A stretch of DNA of 64,000 nt from Ruditapes philippinarum (taxonomy: Eukaryota), in assembly GCF_026571515.1 (NCBI RefSeq), contig NW_026867252.1, forward strand, positions 1 to 64,000, read 5' to 3'. Within the stretch, counting starts at the first letter, position 1. Every line of letters starts with the position of its first letter. The position numbers and the translations under genes were made by a program. The notes beneath the pieces are model-generated. The model was not told the origin of the DNA and made no database searches. It saw only the letters and a list, made by a program, of their open reading frames with translations. Shown here piece by piece: positions 39,096 to 54,000 of the stretch.

Positions 39096-42000
39096 ATGGA
39101 TATAAAGTTTAAATTCATTTTCCTAATTTTTGGAATGAAGTTTATTGGAACCGTTGTGTGTGGTAAGATTTACATTGCTTTCCTGCATTTAAGTTATACA
39201 TGATTGGTTGTTTGCCTGTGCTTCTAAGGACAAAATATTATACATCAATCTTTTTTATATCTTTTTGATGCTCAATTGATTGATAATGACGCAATTGTAT
39301 TTTTTTATTTCTACCTCTATAAAGACATTTTTACAGCTATCCTTATAAGTTTACTATTTTGTTGTTTGTTGACTTTACACGGAGGCGTATGTGTGTGTGG
39401 TTAAGTTGCCCCGTACGCTACTTTAGTGTTGTTATAGGGTTTGGTCGTTCAGGATGATTAATTCCTGCACTTTAAGTATTGAAGCCGGTGCTCGGGGGGG
39501 GGGGGGGGGGTGAGGGGTTTTACACGTTTTCATTATCCCTCATGCACAGATTTAATCAAACCGAGTTTAAATTTTTATGTGAATAATGCTTCCAATGGAT
39601 CACCTTTTTTCAAGATTTTATTGGCATGTTAATCTGATTTTATCTTAAAACCTAGCAGCAAGTTCACTCCTTAACAAACCTATTGCCATATAGCATTGTC
39701 TATACAAGTCTATGTAAGTATGTGTATACAGTGTGCACGAAACCACAACATTTGTCATCTAAACGTGACATTTGTTTGCCATAATCATTCTTGATACATC
39801 ATAAAACGAATTTCTAGGAATTAAAGTACAGGGAAACGATGGTATATAGTATATATAAATTCTGATGAATAATGCATCACAACATTTTTAAAGGTGTCAT
39901 TTAAAAGCAATTATAAAAATATATAACTGAGTAATATCTTAAATTTCTTTAATAAACGATTTAAAATGTAAACTGCTTTACATGAAACAGTTGTTTACGG
40001 ACAAACTCACGCGAGTTAAAACCGTTGTAAAATGTGATTTCATTATCAAACCAACTGGCAAATGACATCGCACTAGGACGTAAAAGCACGATTGTACAAA
40101 ATTATATAACTAATCGCAGAATTAACGAACCAAACGTATACTTTTTGCGGTTTTATATGCGGTTGCACATGCTGCTGCAGATGATAAAGCACGGCAAAAG
40201 GCGCTTTAACCCACTTTTATTGTGCCCTAAAGTATTTTACGCTTTTCAAAATGTGTCGCATGTAACTCAAAAAGTATTTGATCTAGTGTCATAAAACTGT
40301 ACAGGAATGTTGCTCAGCATGTGCAGCTGTGTACCTGGGTTGTTTTTGTGGATATATGTTGTATTTATAGAATTATTGCCCTTGACTTAGTGAAAATTTG
40401 CAATTTTCAACTTCTGTCGCACATATTTCAATAGTATTTGACCTGGAGTCATGAATCCTTTAAGAAATGTTGCACAGCATGTGAAGTTGTGCACCTGGGG
40501 TTTTGCTTGTGGATTTACTCTGTCTTGTTTTAGTTATTTTCATTGACTTCATAAAAATTTACAATTTTCAACTTGTGTCGCAGGTAACTCAAAAAGTATT
40601 TGACTTAGTGTCATGAAACTTTATAGAAATATTGATCAGCATGTATAGTTGTGCACCTGGGTATTTTTGTGTGAATATATGTAGTATTTTTAAAGTGATT
40701 GCCCTTGATTTAGTAACAATTTACGCTTTTCAACTTGTGTCGCACACAACTCAAAAAGTATTTGACCTAGTGTCATGAAACTTTTTAAAAATGTTGATCA
40801 GCATGGGAAGTTGTGCACCTGGGGTTGAGGTTGTGGATTTATTTCTGTTTTGTTAGAGTTATTGCCCTTGACTTAGCAAATATTTGCAATTTTCAACTTG
40901 TGTCACATGTAGCTCAATGTAGCTCAAAAGTATTTGACCTAGAGTCATAAAACTTTACAAGAATGTTAAGTTATTGCCATTGACTTCGATAAAATATAAG
41001 CTTTTCAACTTGTGTCACATGTAACTCAAAACGTATTTGATCCAGTGTCATGAAACTGTACAGGAATGTTGCTCAGCATGTGAAGTTGTGCACCTGGGTA
41101 TTTTTGTGTGGATATATTTTGTATTTTTGCCCTTGACTTAGCAAATATTTGCAATTTTCAACTTGTGTCACATGTAGCTCAAAAGTATTTGACCAAGAGT
41201 CATGAATCCTTACAGGAATGTTGTTGAGCATGTTAAGTTGTGCACGTGGGGTTTTGCTTGTGGATTTATTCTGTTTTGTCTTAACTTAGTGAAAACCGTT
41301 TTATTATGCTGTGTTATTTGTTCCTCGAGTGCTTGAGTTAGAATTAACTAACTTTACAGGAATACTGATCAACATCACTGTGAAGCTATGCACCTGGGGT
41401 TTTGCATGTGGATTTTCATTTTTGTTAGAGTTATTGCCCTTGACTTAGTATAGATTTGCACTTTTCAACTTGTTCATGCATGACTCAAAAAATAATGTTG
41501 GTCAGCCATATACTCATGCACCTTGGGGTTTGCTTGTGGATTTCATTTGTATTTGTAAAGTTCTTGCCCTTGAATTAGTAAAAGAATTTTAGTTTTCAAT
41601 TTGTGGCACACGTAGCCCAAAAAATATTTGACTTAAAGTCATAAGATTTACAAAACAGTGGAGTGTGGGGGCACCCGCGTCCTATGGACACATTTCTATT
41701 TATCTTTTAATCCATTCCCTTTTATTTAATGGTTACAAACTTTATTCATGAATCAGTAAAATGAACATTCAAATACTTCAATAAAAGTTTATGTTATTGC
41801 TGTTTAATCAGTTATGGGTTAACTCAATGTAATGTGTCATATTTTTGTTAAGGTAACTGCCTTGAGTTTGAGGGTTTTAGTAGTGTTGTCCCGATTGTCT
41901 CTGAAAATCGATAACTAATCGGACCACCCCATAATCGGCAACAATCGATAGTCCTTTTTAAAAATCGATTATTTTAATGTTCTACCACGGCTGAATTGCC

Positions 42001-45000
42001 TATGGTGTAATTTTTTTACATGCAGTCGAAAAGAAGTTTCCCAACCGAATTCCGGACAATTCTAACGTATTTTTTGTATTCAAAACCTATTTAACATGGT
42101 TTATACTACTTTAGAAAATTATAGTGTGTAGTAACATAACATTATAAACATATATATCTACTGTAGTTAAATTAGTGATCTACAATACTACTCATTGATA
42201 TTTTGACATGCTGACTAGTACTAATATTGAATGCCATAAAGTTGTATTTTACAAAAATTTACTGTCACAAAGTAGTATTTAGGTATTTGTGTTGTTTGCT
42301 TTGAATTCAAAGAGCAAATCATACTAAAGAAAAAAGGGCCATTATAAGTGCGAAACTCGATGGTACTATCGGCAGACAATCGATTGTGATGGTCCGATTA
42401 TCGATAGTGATTTTTGAGTCCGATACCCAACACTAGGTTTTAGCCCTACTCATCTCGCGACCATGTGTCCACATGTGAAACCGATGTAAGTTGTTAGAAC
42501 TAATTACACAAACTAGCTAAAATGAATATTTTTAAATTGAAACTTACAAATTATGATCTCTTTGTTTCATTATTTTGTTCAAATTGCCTTTCAAGCAGCA
42601 TGCATTTAGATGCATTATAACTTTTATAAAAAAATGAAAATGTATTAAAAGTAAAAAAGGAGTTAACATATTGCAAACGGCACTTGCAATCCACGTAAAT
42701 TACCTGCTAAAAAGAGGTCAAAATATACAATAATAGTTCTTACTACGTAAGTCATGCAGTAGAATTATGATGATAAATATTGCAAAATCAGTCATCAATC
42801 GCTAGTTACATGTAAATTATTTCTTTGATATTGAATCGTTAACCTATTTCTTACAATCTTAATACATTTTATTTACGTTTGATTTCTTTAAATATTATGG
42901 CTAATCGGGAGGGATTGAACTTTTAAAACATAATTATTTATTTCATTTTTTTGACATTGTGTACAATTAACTTTACCCTTGGATTGTTCAATTAGACAGC
43001 ATTGCGAAATTGCTAATGCAGTAACACTTTTGGTAATATTTCTGCTCGTTTCGGATAATAAAAATATAACAAGAGTTTATTTAAATAGATACTATGCTCA
43101 AATTTGAAATAAGAAAATAATGATTGCTTCACAGTCTCTTTGTAAATATAAAAACTATTTTTTTACTTCGCCGAAAAAGATATTTTGTGTTTAAAACTCT
43201 AAACGTTGTAGGCGGTTACAATATGAATATATAGTGTCATTGAAAATTGGCAGTGTTTTTAAGAACAGACCAACTTTACTTGACCTGTAATAGGGAACAC
43301 AGCTTCCCATACATAGTTTATTATTTCTTTTACTCAAATTGGACTTATTCAGTAAGAATTTCATAGATTATAATACATTTCTGTGATTGAAATAATTTAC
43401 TCAAGGATGACCATATTATATCTTTAAAGTATACTCACAATATAGGCCGTCACATTACAAGACCACAATTTATCTAGAGTTGTTTTATCTTATGTCTGAT
43501 GCATTAATTAATGATTGTTGATGGCAATGATTCAGTTAAACAATATTTGTTTTGTAATCTTTTCATTTACATAAAAAATATATAAATATTAATTTACGTA
43601 TTGAGTCGGAAGCTTAAACAACAATGATAAGGTGGCATTTATGCTATTCCTGAGGTTTTAAACATTTGTTCAGCTCAGAATATGTAATGTGAATACCTAA
43701 CCTTTAATCAATTAAAAGTGTTAAACGAGTTAAAGTGCTTTAAAAAGAAGTTATACTCAACTCTTTCCAAAGCATCTTTAAATCAGAGAAAAAGCCTTTA
43801 CAATCCACACTGATACATTGTGAAATGAAATAATAAAATATACAAAATGTACGCGAGAATGAAATAACAAATATACAAGAGAGTAATTTTGACAACAAAT
43901 GCATGTTACACAAAGCAAAATGGACGTGATAATCGATATAAGTGTGGGCTAATAAAATACGCGAAGAGTGTTTCTCAACTTTCATCGTTTATTTGTTCTT
44001 TTTTATTCTTTAACAACCAAGTTCTTGTTTTTTTTTGTCTAGCCGGAAATCAAACATAGGTCTAACACCCTTAAAAACAAAACTTCTTTTACCATGGCTA
44101 CTTCGATTGTACTCTATAGAACGCGAAGGGTACGTCCGCTATGAAACATTTAAACTGTTATTTTCACATCAAGTTTTATACAACAAAGTTTGCTTCTTTG
44201 CAATACAACATTGAGACAATACACATGTTATAATAAAAGACCTTTTAAATCGTCAATGTATATCAAATGTAATAAATTATTTCGGCTTAGAAATGATCAT
44301 ATAAAATTTGAAAAGTTTAAAGGTAAACTCAGTACATTGTAAATGCCTAATTTATTTAAATATTATCAAAACCAATTACGAAATAAATAATGCTAAATTA
44401 CTGTTAAAGAAAAACGGTCCTAATGGTAAAGGTTGTAATATTAATTAAAATTTCTTAGATATATAATTATGAATTTATCTTTTATAGCTGAACTTAAAAC
44501 TTCCACTCAATTTGACGGACGATAACTGAAAATTAAAGTTGTGGAATTACGTGTCAATTTTACAAAATAATTGATCGAATGCAGGAATATCAAGAGGGTG
44601 CTCAGAAGAAAAAAAATGGCAATCAATGAATAAAAAGCATTTATTGCAGACCGAAAGATTTTGATTCCACTCCATCAGTAGTAGTAGTTATATATAAGGG
44701 ATTATAACCACTGCACATTTTGGAATATGGATACAATCGGGAATATGCATCCAACCTTGACCAAATGCGATTGGACGACGAGAATTCACGAAGCGATTCG
44801 TTAGCGTTCGTGATCGGTTTTTGGTAAAGGTAGGTAGTAAAGTGTACTATGTGTTTACTCGCGATGCAAGCGATTTATATATTATTATATAGGCCGTAAT
44901 TTTCCTTTAAACAGAGAGATACGTAGTTTTTGCTTTAAACAGACGACATGTCGTTGTGACAGGTATTAGCCTAAGGGTAGTTGTGTATTAACCTGTATCA

Positions 45001-48000
45001 CGCAGAAGTTATATAGAAAAATCTCACTGTTGAAACATTTAGCATCAGAGCAAAACATCGAACGTTACAGTTTCTTGAATATAGAAAATAAATTTCAAAA
45101 GTATTGATAGAGGATCATGGCTCAGAAACGCTCAGCAGAAGTTACGAGGACTTAAGGAGTCAAAATTTTTGAAAAAGATAGAAGAAAGCGAAAACGATGT
45201 GAAACTAGACAGCTCTGTTTTATCGTCCGGTTTTAAAAGTTTTCTCGAGTATGATTTTGTGTTGAAAACATTTTCAGTTACACTAGAAAAGGAGCGCGAG
45301 AATGGAAATAGGTGGGTTTGCTTTGGGGAGGAAAAAAACTGAAAACATCATAAAACTTCTGCCGGCGATAGAAAAGCTCGTTGATAGGTATACTTGTAAG
45401 AGATCTTCCAAGAATATAGACATACCGTTTGAGGCTTGTCGCGGTAACATCGGTGACTTGATTACTGTTGTTTCTTTGAAGGAGAACAATTACAAGAGAG
45501 GTCATTTCGATGTAGACATTCGAAAATGCGTGAAGATGGAAGAGGGATCATACAGATATACATCAGAGGGTGTGCGATTTACTCAGTCACTGATAGCAGT
45601 TTTAAACGAAACTCTTCTCGGTTACAAATCTACCATCACTCAAATAACAGACCGGACTTCGGAGGTGATTTCGATGACCACGGCATTTGTTATTATACGA
45701 GAAATCAACGAACTTGCAGACCCTCGACAAAATTGTCAAGGTTGTAAATCACAACATCCTTCTCAGAAACAGCATATGGTTGAAGGTGGCTGTTTGTCTA
45801 CTGATCAGCCGACATGGGAAGAGACCTGCAACAAATTCTGGCAAGTAGGGAAAAGTTTGATCAAAGACGAAGATGTTCAAGACCTTGCAGTAAGAGCTGT
45901 ATCACGTATCCCAGAAATGCAGGTATGTAATAGTAGTATTTCTCTTCTTCTTACAATAATAATGAAAATAATAATAATAATAATAATTATAAAAGTTATT
46001 GATTTTATTATATTGATAACATTTTTGAGGTTTCATAACTTTAAAACTAACTCGTGTAAGTATTAGGCTTTACATGTACATGTGAAATCATTTGTTCTTT
46101 ACTGTTAAACCTTGCTTTCCATATATTTCAGAAACAATTCATACCAGGACTCGTTCCAATGGAGCACACGCAAGACAGTGACTTGAAGGATTACGTTTTA
46201 AGAAAAGATGAATTGAAGGATAGTCCGAAGAAAACAAATATTATGTCATTATTTAGATAATTAGTGTGTGTTGATTTTTTTTTGTTATTCTTGGTGACAT
46301 GGTTTATTTCGTTTATATGTAAAAAGTTCTTTTATAGCTTTCTAATAAAATATGTTTGGTTTCCAGAATATGAATATATACATATAGAAATAATATATAT
46401 ATAAGTATGGAATGATGTTGTTGTTGTTTATTATTTGCATAGAAGTAACCAATAGAATCCGATATTTTCCGGTAGAAACCGGAATTTTCCGGTTAGAAAA
46501 ACAGTTGACCTCCTTTTCTTTAGGTTTATATCATTCGTTCAAAACACCTACTTCTAGCATGGCACAAGCACATGTTAACATTTGTACATCGGCGAGTAAT
46601 GACACAATGGGGTCTATACTGTATGAAAATGATTCGAGTAACATTACTAGCGAACTAAATACAGTAAATAGTAACAAGCGTAAAGTTAGCTTGAATCTGG
46701 ATGGATGTCACCATGTGTCTGTGTTTCAAAATGAGGAGGCTCGAGTGGTTATAAATATAAGAAAAGGAACGAGATCGGTTAATATTTCAAAAGAAGTTCT
46801 GATTCAGTTATGTGGTTTACAACAAGTGATTTTACAATGTTGTGAATTTATACAGTCATAATAATTTATCATGAATTTTCGAGAATATTTAAAATCTCTT
46901 TACTTTGATGTAAGCAGTCCGGTGTCCTTTAGCGGTGCAGAAAAACTGTATCAAGTTATCAAGAAACAAGGGAAATATAAAATTTCGAGAAATAAAATAA
47001 AACAATGGTTGCAGGAACAAGACGTATATACTCTTCACAAAGACTTAAGTAGAAAATTTAAAAGGAGGCAAATAATAACTTCAGGTGTAGACATACAGTT
47101 GGGCGTTGATTTAGCCAGCGTTGCGAACACTGCAAAATTCAACGACGGCATAAATTATTTACTGATAGTAATCGACGTATTTTCAAAGTATTTATTCGTT
47201 CAACATGTTAAGACTAAACGAGCTAAAGATGTTTTAGAAGCGTTTGAACTTATCTTACGTCAAGGACGCAAACCTCAAATAGTCTATTCAGACAAGGGCG
47301 GAGAATTTAATAACAAGTTGTTCAAGACATTTCTACTGAAAAGAGGTATTAAATATTTCACGACTCAAAACGAAAGCATAAAGGTTTCTCCGGTCGACAG
47401 ACTTATTCGTACGCTTAGAAATAAGATGCACAAACTCTTTCAAACCACCAGATCATACAGATACATAGAACACTTGCAAAGTCTTGCAAACAGTTACAAT
47501 GCGACTCCTCATCGCAGTTTACCTGAGCAGATGGCTCCATCAGAAGTCAATAAGGAGAATGAAGCCGAGGTCTGGGATTACATGTATACTCGAAATACGC
47601 ACAAAGGCAAAAAACTCCGTGTAGGAACACACAAACCCGAGCTTAAATATAAAGTAGGAGACTTTGTTCGTCTTGCGTATAGCAAACATACATTCCAGAG
47701 AGATTATCAACAAAAATGGACATCCGAGATATTTAAAATTCATGATCGATTTGTAAAACAAAATATTTCTGTTTATAAAGTTGCAGACTTCGATGGAGAT
47801 GTAATAGTCGGAACATTTTATGAACAAGAATTACAGAATTACATAAAAACGAAGACGCTGTATGGATTATTGAATTGATCCTCAAGAAAAGAAAACGGAG
47901 AGGCACTGATGAATACCTTGTTAAATATGAAGGGTGGCCTAATAAATTCAATTCGTGGGTGAAAAAAGATGATATTCAAAACGTAAACTGATAGAAAATG

Positions 48001-51000
48001 TCGTATTACATGATTTTTCGAAGCGACCAGGATCTCGATTATTATCCAAATAATAAACCTTATTGTTTTAAAATCAAGTTGCGGCAAAATATAGAATTAA
48101 ATGGAGACTGGGAAATTGCGTTGGCAGAAATAACTCTTAGAGAAGCGATCAAAAAGGAAGATATTTTGTATATCTACTCGGATATATGTGGAGAGAGCTT
48201 TATTAATGGAGTGAATGCTACTTTGTTGAGACGAGTGGTTGTAAATAATAACGAAAACGCCGCATTTTCCTCTTTTTATTATGTACCGTTGATAAAATCG
48301 GAAATTAATGAGAAAGAATTTAGAATTACTAACTATCAAGGGGTTACAGCAAAACATTTAAAAAATCCTGTTACTCTAGTGGTACATTTAAGATCACACA
48401 GATCATAAGGATATTAAAAAAATGAATGACAATCACCAATACGTACCTAATTATGAAAAATGGATACAATTTTATTAATCTGTTGGAAGATCAGAACATC
48501 CTATTTATTTTCACCCGGGAAAAATCTCTGATAAAAAGATAAATGGAACTATTAACAAAATTGAACAAAACCGAATAATTCCAATTGAAACACGTGATCA
48601 GAAATGCACAGATAAAACACCAGGATTGAAAGTTGAATTCGTTTCTCCGGCTCAGCAGATAGTAGAACAAGCAACCAGTGAAATAAAACGTGAAATGGAG
48701 ATACACCGACTAAAAATCAGTCTCGCAAAAGCACTCATCGGGATAAGAAGAAGAAGAAGAGGAAGAATACTAGAGTGAAGGGAGAATATGTCGGCAATCA
48801 ATTCTGATTATTTAGTTGAGGGACAACCTAGCGAACTGGAAATATTTAGCATAAATCCTACCCAAACAGCAGTAGACAAGTTATATTTTCAACAAGTACT
48901 ACCATTTGGACAAATAACGGATACTTCTCCGATACAATTTACAGTTAGTGGTCAGAATGGCATGGAGTACATAGACACAAAACGAAGTTTCATGAGTATT
49001 AAAGCAAGGATTGTACATCAAGATGGAAAAGCGCTAGAATCTGGTGAAATTATCGGTCCAGTCAATCTTCTTGCCCATGCATTATTCGATCAAGTTGATG
49101 TTACGATACAAGGAAAGTTTATAACTTCATCAACAGGTAATTATCCATTCAAGGCATACATACAGACTTTACTACAGTACGGTAATGATGCAAAGTCTTA
49201 TTATTATCAATTATCTACTCAGTGTTATTATCAAGACACACCCGGACATTTGGACGATAACGATGGGAAAACAGGTGCGAATGAAGGTTTCAAATTCAGG
49301 ACAGAACTTTTTTCTGAGAGCAAGAAAGTTCATATGTTCGCGCCGATTATACACGACGTGTTTCAACTGAATAGATACATTCTTAATCAGTCAGCGATGA
49401 ACATAAAATTCTACGGATCTAAACCTGAGTTTTACTTGATGACAGACGCTTTAATGCAGGCTTACAAAGTAGTCATCGACGAAATGGTGCTAAATATATG
49501 CAAAACACAAGTCAACCCTGCTGTCGTATACGCTCATAGTCAGCAATTAGAAAAAACTAATGCCAAATATCCGTATGTTAAAACGGAAGTGAGGTTAGCC
49601 GCAATTTCTCAAGGACAGGTTAATTTTAACATAGATAATGTATGTCAAGGGATAAGACCGAACAAGATTGTGGTGGCATTTGCTAATAGTCAGTCAGTTT
49701 CAGGTTCGTACCAGACCTCACCATGGAACTTTCAAGGATTCGGACTAACAGAACTAACGGTATCAATTGATAACATCCCATGTTTAGGTAACCCCGTGAG
49801 ATTAAATTTTGATGCAACGAACGGAGTAGATACAACGGAAGCTTTTCATTGGTTGTTTGAAAGTAGTAAGAAATGGCTAAGGATGAAGGCAATCAAATCA
49901 CTCAGACCGATTTTGCAAAAGGATTTGCTGTGTACGCGTTTGACATCGAACCGGCTTATCAGGACAGAAATTATTTAACTTCAGTAAAACAGGGAATCGT
50001 TAGAATAAGTGCAAATTTTGCAAGTCCGCTACCGTCTCCAATTACCTGTATTATCTACACAGAAGGGGTCGGTTACTTTGAAATTAATAAAGCGAGGGAT
50101 GTAATTGTGTACCAGTGAACTTAAACCGTGAATACATATTCAAATTCTGTAATTTATAACCAATAACTATTTTATTTTTAATCATTTATAATTGTTATAG
50201 CTGTGTATATGTATAATACATGTAAAATTTACGAATATCTCTATTTAATAAACATTTTGTTAACTAATGAGTGTGAACAATTAAGAAACGTTAAGAGTTT
50301 GTACAACAGTCAATCTGTCAACAACGTAAATATCATTTCTTTTTAAACTAGAATTCAGTATTGATATCGTTATTGGTGTTTAAGTAGTCATATTAGGAGG
50401 GATAAAAAAAGGTTCATTCTTTCCTGTAGTTTATTCGATTCTCTGACGTTTATAGCTGCTAGAATCAACCATGACTTCATTACAAAGTAGTCCTCAAGAC
50501 TCAACCGAAGATACTGTCACAACTAAAATAATGGAATCTTTTACTGAAGAAAATGTATTTCACATGGAATCGAGAAATTTAAAATGTCACTTAAATGTTA
50601 TTAAATGGATTGGTGTTGTAGTTTTACTTTTCGTTTACACATCTATACCTGGAATAATAATTCTAAATGATCAGAAAGCGCGTTCAGTCGATGTTTTGGA
50701 TTACAAAATTGAGATGCAACAACAAAACGAGACTGCATGTGTCTTTATTAAGCAGTATGATATTTATCACGATACATACGTCACAGTGTGTAATAGGTAT
50801 GGAGTTGTCGTGCTAGATATAAGACGATTTTTCAACGACACAGCATCCATTATCGGAATACAAATCAGTGAGAGACAGTGGATTAAACTAAAACAAGTTA
50901 CACCTTTAGTAGATAAAGCAATTTCTGAAGCTCGAACATATTGGAAAGACTTGAAAATTTTGAAATACAAAAACGAAAAGTAGACTCAAATATGTGAGAC

Positions 51001-54000
51001 ATATCGTTCAATACATAAATCAGCTTGCTATGGCGTGGTAAGAAACACAGTCATTGTTACCGCTAGAAAGTCCGTGTACATTAACATTGATTTCTGCTTC
51101 CAACGGAGGAAAAACATTTTTTGTAGAAAGACTTCTCAGAAATTCAAATGGAATGTTTACTGAAGATATTTCGACTATTGTTTATTGTCACGGTAGTTCT
51201 TGGCAACGAATATTTGATGACATGCTTGAAAGCAAACCTAATATAGTTTTTAAAGAAGGAATGCCGACAGAGAACGAGCTCGAGTTGTTATTAAAAGATC
51301 CCGGTCACTCTTGTCTTATTTTAGATGACTTGATGACAGAAATAAATAAAGACAAAACAATGGAAAAACTTTGGACAGTTCATTCACACCACTATAAAAT
51401 GTCGATTATTTATTTGACTCACAATATGTATCAGAGGACCCCATCGGCTAGAACGATAAGTCTAAACACGCAATATTACGTTCTGTTTAAAAACCATAGA
51501 GACATTCAACAAATTCAGCATTTTGGTAGACAAATTTATGGAAATAAAAGCGGGTTTTTTAACAGAGCATATCAGTTAGCAACTAGTCGAGCGTGGGGGT
51601 ACTTGTTAGTCGATTTACACAGTCATTCGGATGATAAATATAGACTCAGAACTAATATATTTCCAAATGAGGATTGCATCGTCTATACTCCGGAGTAAAA
51701 CAGATGAAAAATGACCGACGTGTTGAAAAAGGAAGCTACATTTCTTCAATACTTTGTTAAACTTAGCGATAGTGAAAAGAAATCAATATCCAAGCATCTG
51801 ACAAAATCTCAAACATCAGCAATAAGTCAGATTTTGTTCAACGCTATTAAAGGTACGTTTCAGTTGAACAAATCGCAAACATCGGAGTAAAAAAGGTACA
51901 GAACTTCTCTTTATACTATTGCTGACAAGAAAACGTCTTTACAACTAAAAAGGAATTTGGTTTCAAGGAGAATTCGTCAAGTAACCCTAATATTGAAAGC
52001 AGGGTTGAAGTGGATACCAGACAATCGCTGAAGCTATGTCAGCGAAGGAACTTGTACTTCTATCGAAACAAAAATACAATCTTTTAACAGACAAGCATTC
52101 TGTGGAGAGCGTGTCTGTGCATACGCAAACGCTCGATGAGAAAATTCTTGAAAAAAGTGTAGAGAATGAAGAAACTTCAAGCGAGCTACGTGACAACAGG
52201 GCTTAACAAAGTAATAATACCACAAAAGCTGTTCGGATGTCATCATGGGGGAATGTGCCTGGAATTCGGAAGAAAGAAATAAAAACTAAACCAAAGAAAT
52301 ATGTCAGATGGATTCCTTATTGAAAATGTTTAAAAGGGGAAAAAAACAACAAGTAAAATTCAGGAAAACAGGAATTTTATTTACAATATGTTTCATTTCA
52401 AATCTCGCTGTTAAAGCACAATAGATAATACACACATAATAATAATAATTTCTATCTCATATTTTGTGTAATATACATTTTTTTTATAATAATGATATTG
52501 TACGATTTGAATAAAAGTTAAACATAAGTCTGATATTGTATTCTCTCTCTCTCTCTCCAACATTTTACTAATTTCAGAAGGTAAACAAACTTTTACAGGT
52601 TGAAAGAGTCTAGTAAACGTTGTACCTCATCTTCTTCCTCCTTTTGTTTTTGTTTGTATTTGTTAATTGAATAGAACAATATCCAGCGGTTTGATGTGAA
52701 TTCCGTCTTGTAAAACAACCCTTTTACAATAAAAGTAGTAAAATGTCTGCTTTGGTTGAGAGTATGTAAAAACAGAATTATTAAAAGTTCTTATACCCCT
52801 GTTTATAGCTGTAACAGGATTTCTTGTTCTCATTACTTCTTCAAACTGATTTAAGGGATTGAAGAATTGTTTATTCACGCCTTTTAAACTGTATTTAACA
52901 TTCGTTATTCCTCCTGCAACAGCGTTTACTCCTACGTAAGATTTTGAACAAAGGCCTATAAATTTAGTCCCCTTAAATTCTAATTTCATTAAACCTGGAG
53001 TTCTTGAATCATACTTATTGTGATGTTCACAGCATTCTCTGGGAAGCCAAATGTTTTCAAAACAATCACCAGTAAAATCATCTCTACAGTTTTCGTGAAG
53101 TGAAGACAAAACTTATTGGCGCTTCTCGGGTTTGACCGCATCCGGTAATGATTCACTTGATAGAGCAAAATAACACGAGTCGGTGTCCATTTCAACCATT
53201 TCAAAGTTTTCCCTTTCTGTATATCTATCTAAAAAGTCGTAATAAAAAGAAAGCATGTGTAATTTTGCATACTGTAAAATCGTGAATCCTAAATAAACCG
53301 GAGAATCTATGGATATATTCGCATTCGCAAATTCAGATTCAAAAATCATGTCTCCAAGTTCGTTTAATTGACGAATTATTAATCTAGGATTATTTACAGC
53401 AAAGCAGGCCTTTTTAAAACCTTCTACATACTTAACCCTGAGAAATTTTTCTTTATTTATGATGGTTCCACCAAAAGCTGAATTTCCAATTAATTTTGAT
53501 AACGCGCTCCTCAGCTCTTGAGATTTATTGACATCACCTGCACGTCTATCTCGTGTAATACTATCACCAAAGTCTTTAAAACACGACAGTTTATTAAATT
53601 CTACCACTTGGTGGATTCTTGTTATTTCTAGTCCGTGTTTTAAGTACCACTTTAACAACGGAGAGGACAACAACAGTCTTTCAGCTTTCATTCCATTAAC
53701 CAACAGGGTACGCGGTTCCTTTGAAAGTCCGTACTGCTCCACGTGGCTTTGCATATGCTCCCCAAAACACTCAAAAGGCACCTCTGTTGTACAAAACAAG
53801 GGACTCATTTCTTCGAAATACTCGTAAGGAGAAAGGCAAGTGTTTGGTTTGTAGAAAACATCATTCCAAGATGTAGGTACGCGAATATCAACCTCAATGA
53901 ATCCAAAAAGTGTCTCATCAATAACCGACTTGAGAATCGCCGACTCTTCAACAGCACCTTTATTACTGTTATAAAAAGAAGGATAGCGGTGCTCTACAAA

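Noticed and set aside
47830-47850. Programmed -1 frameshift between integrase and chromodomain
   Set aside because: No canonical slippery heptamer in the right frame, and neighbouring genes carry similar random lesions.
50119-50470. Remnant adenain protease after MCP
   Set aside because: AT-rich with stops and no catalytic His/Cys motifs; reads as 3' UTR or promoter.
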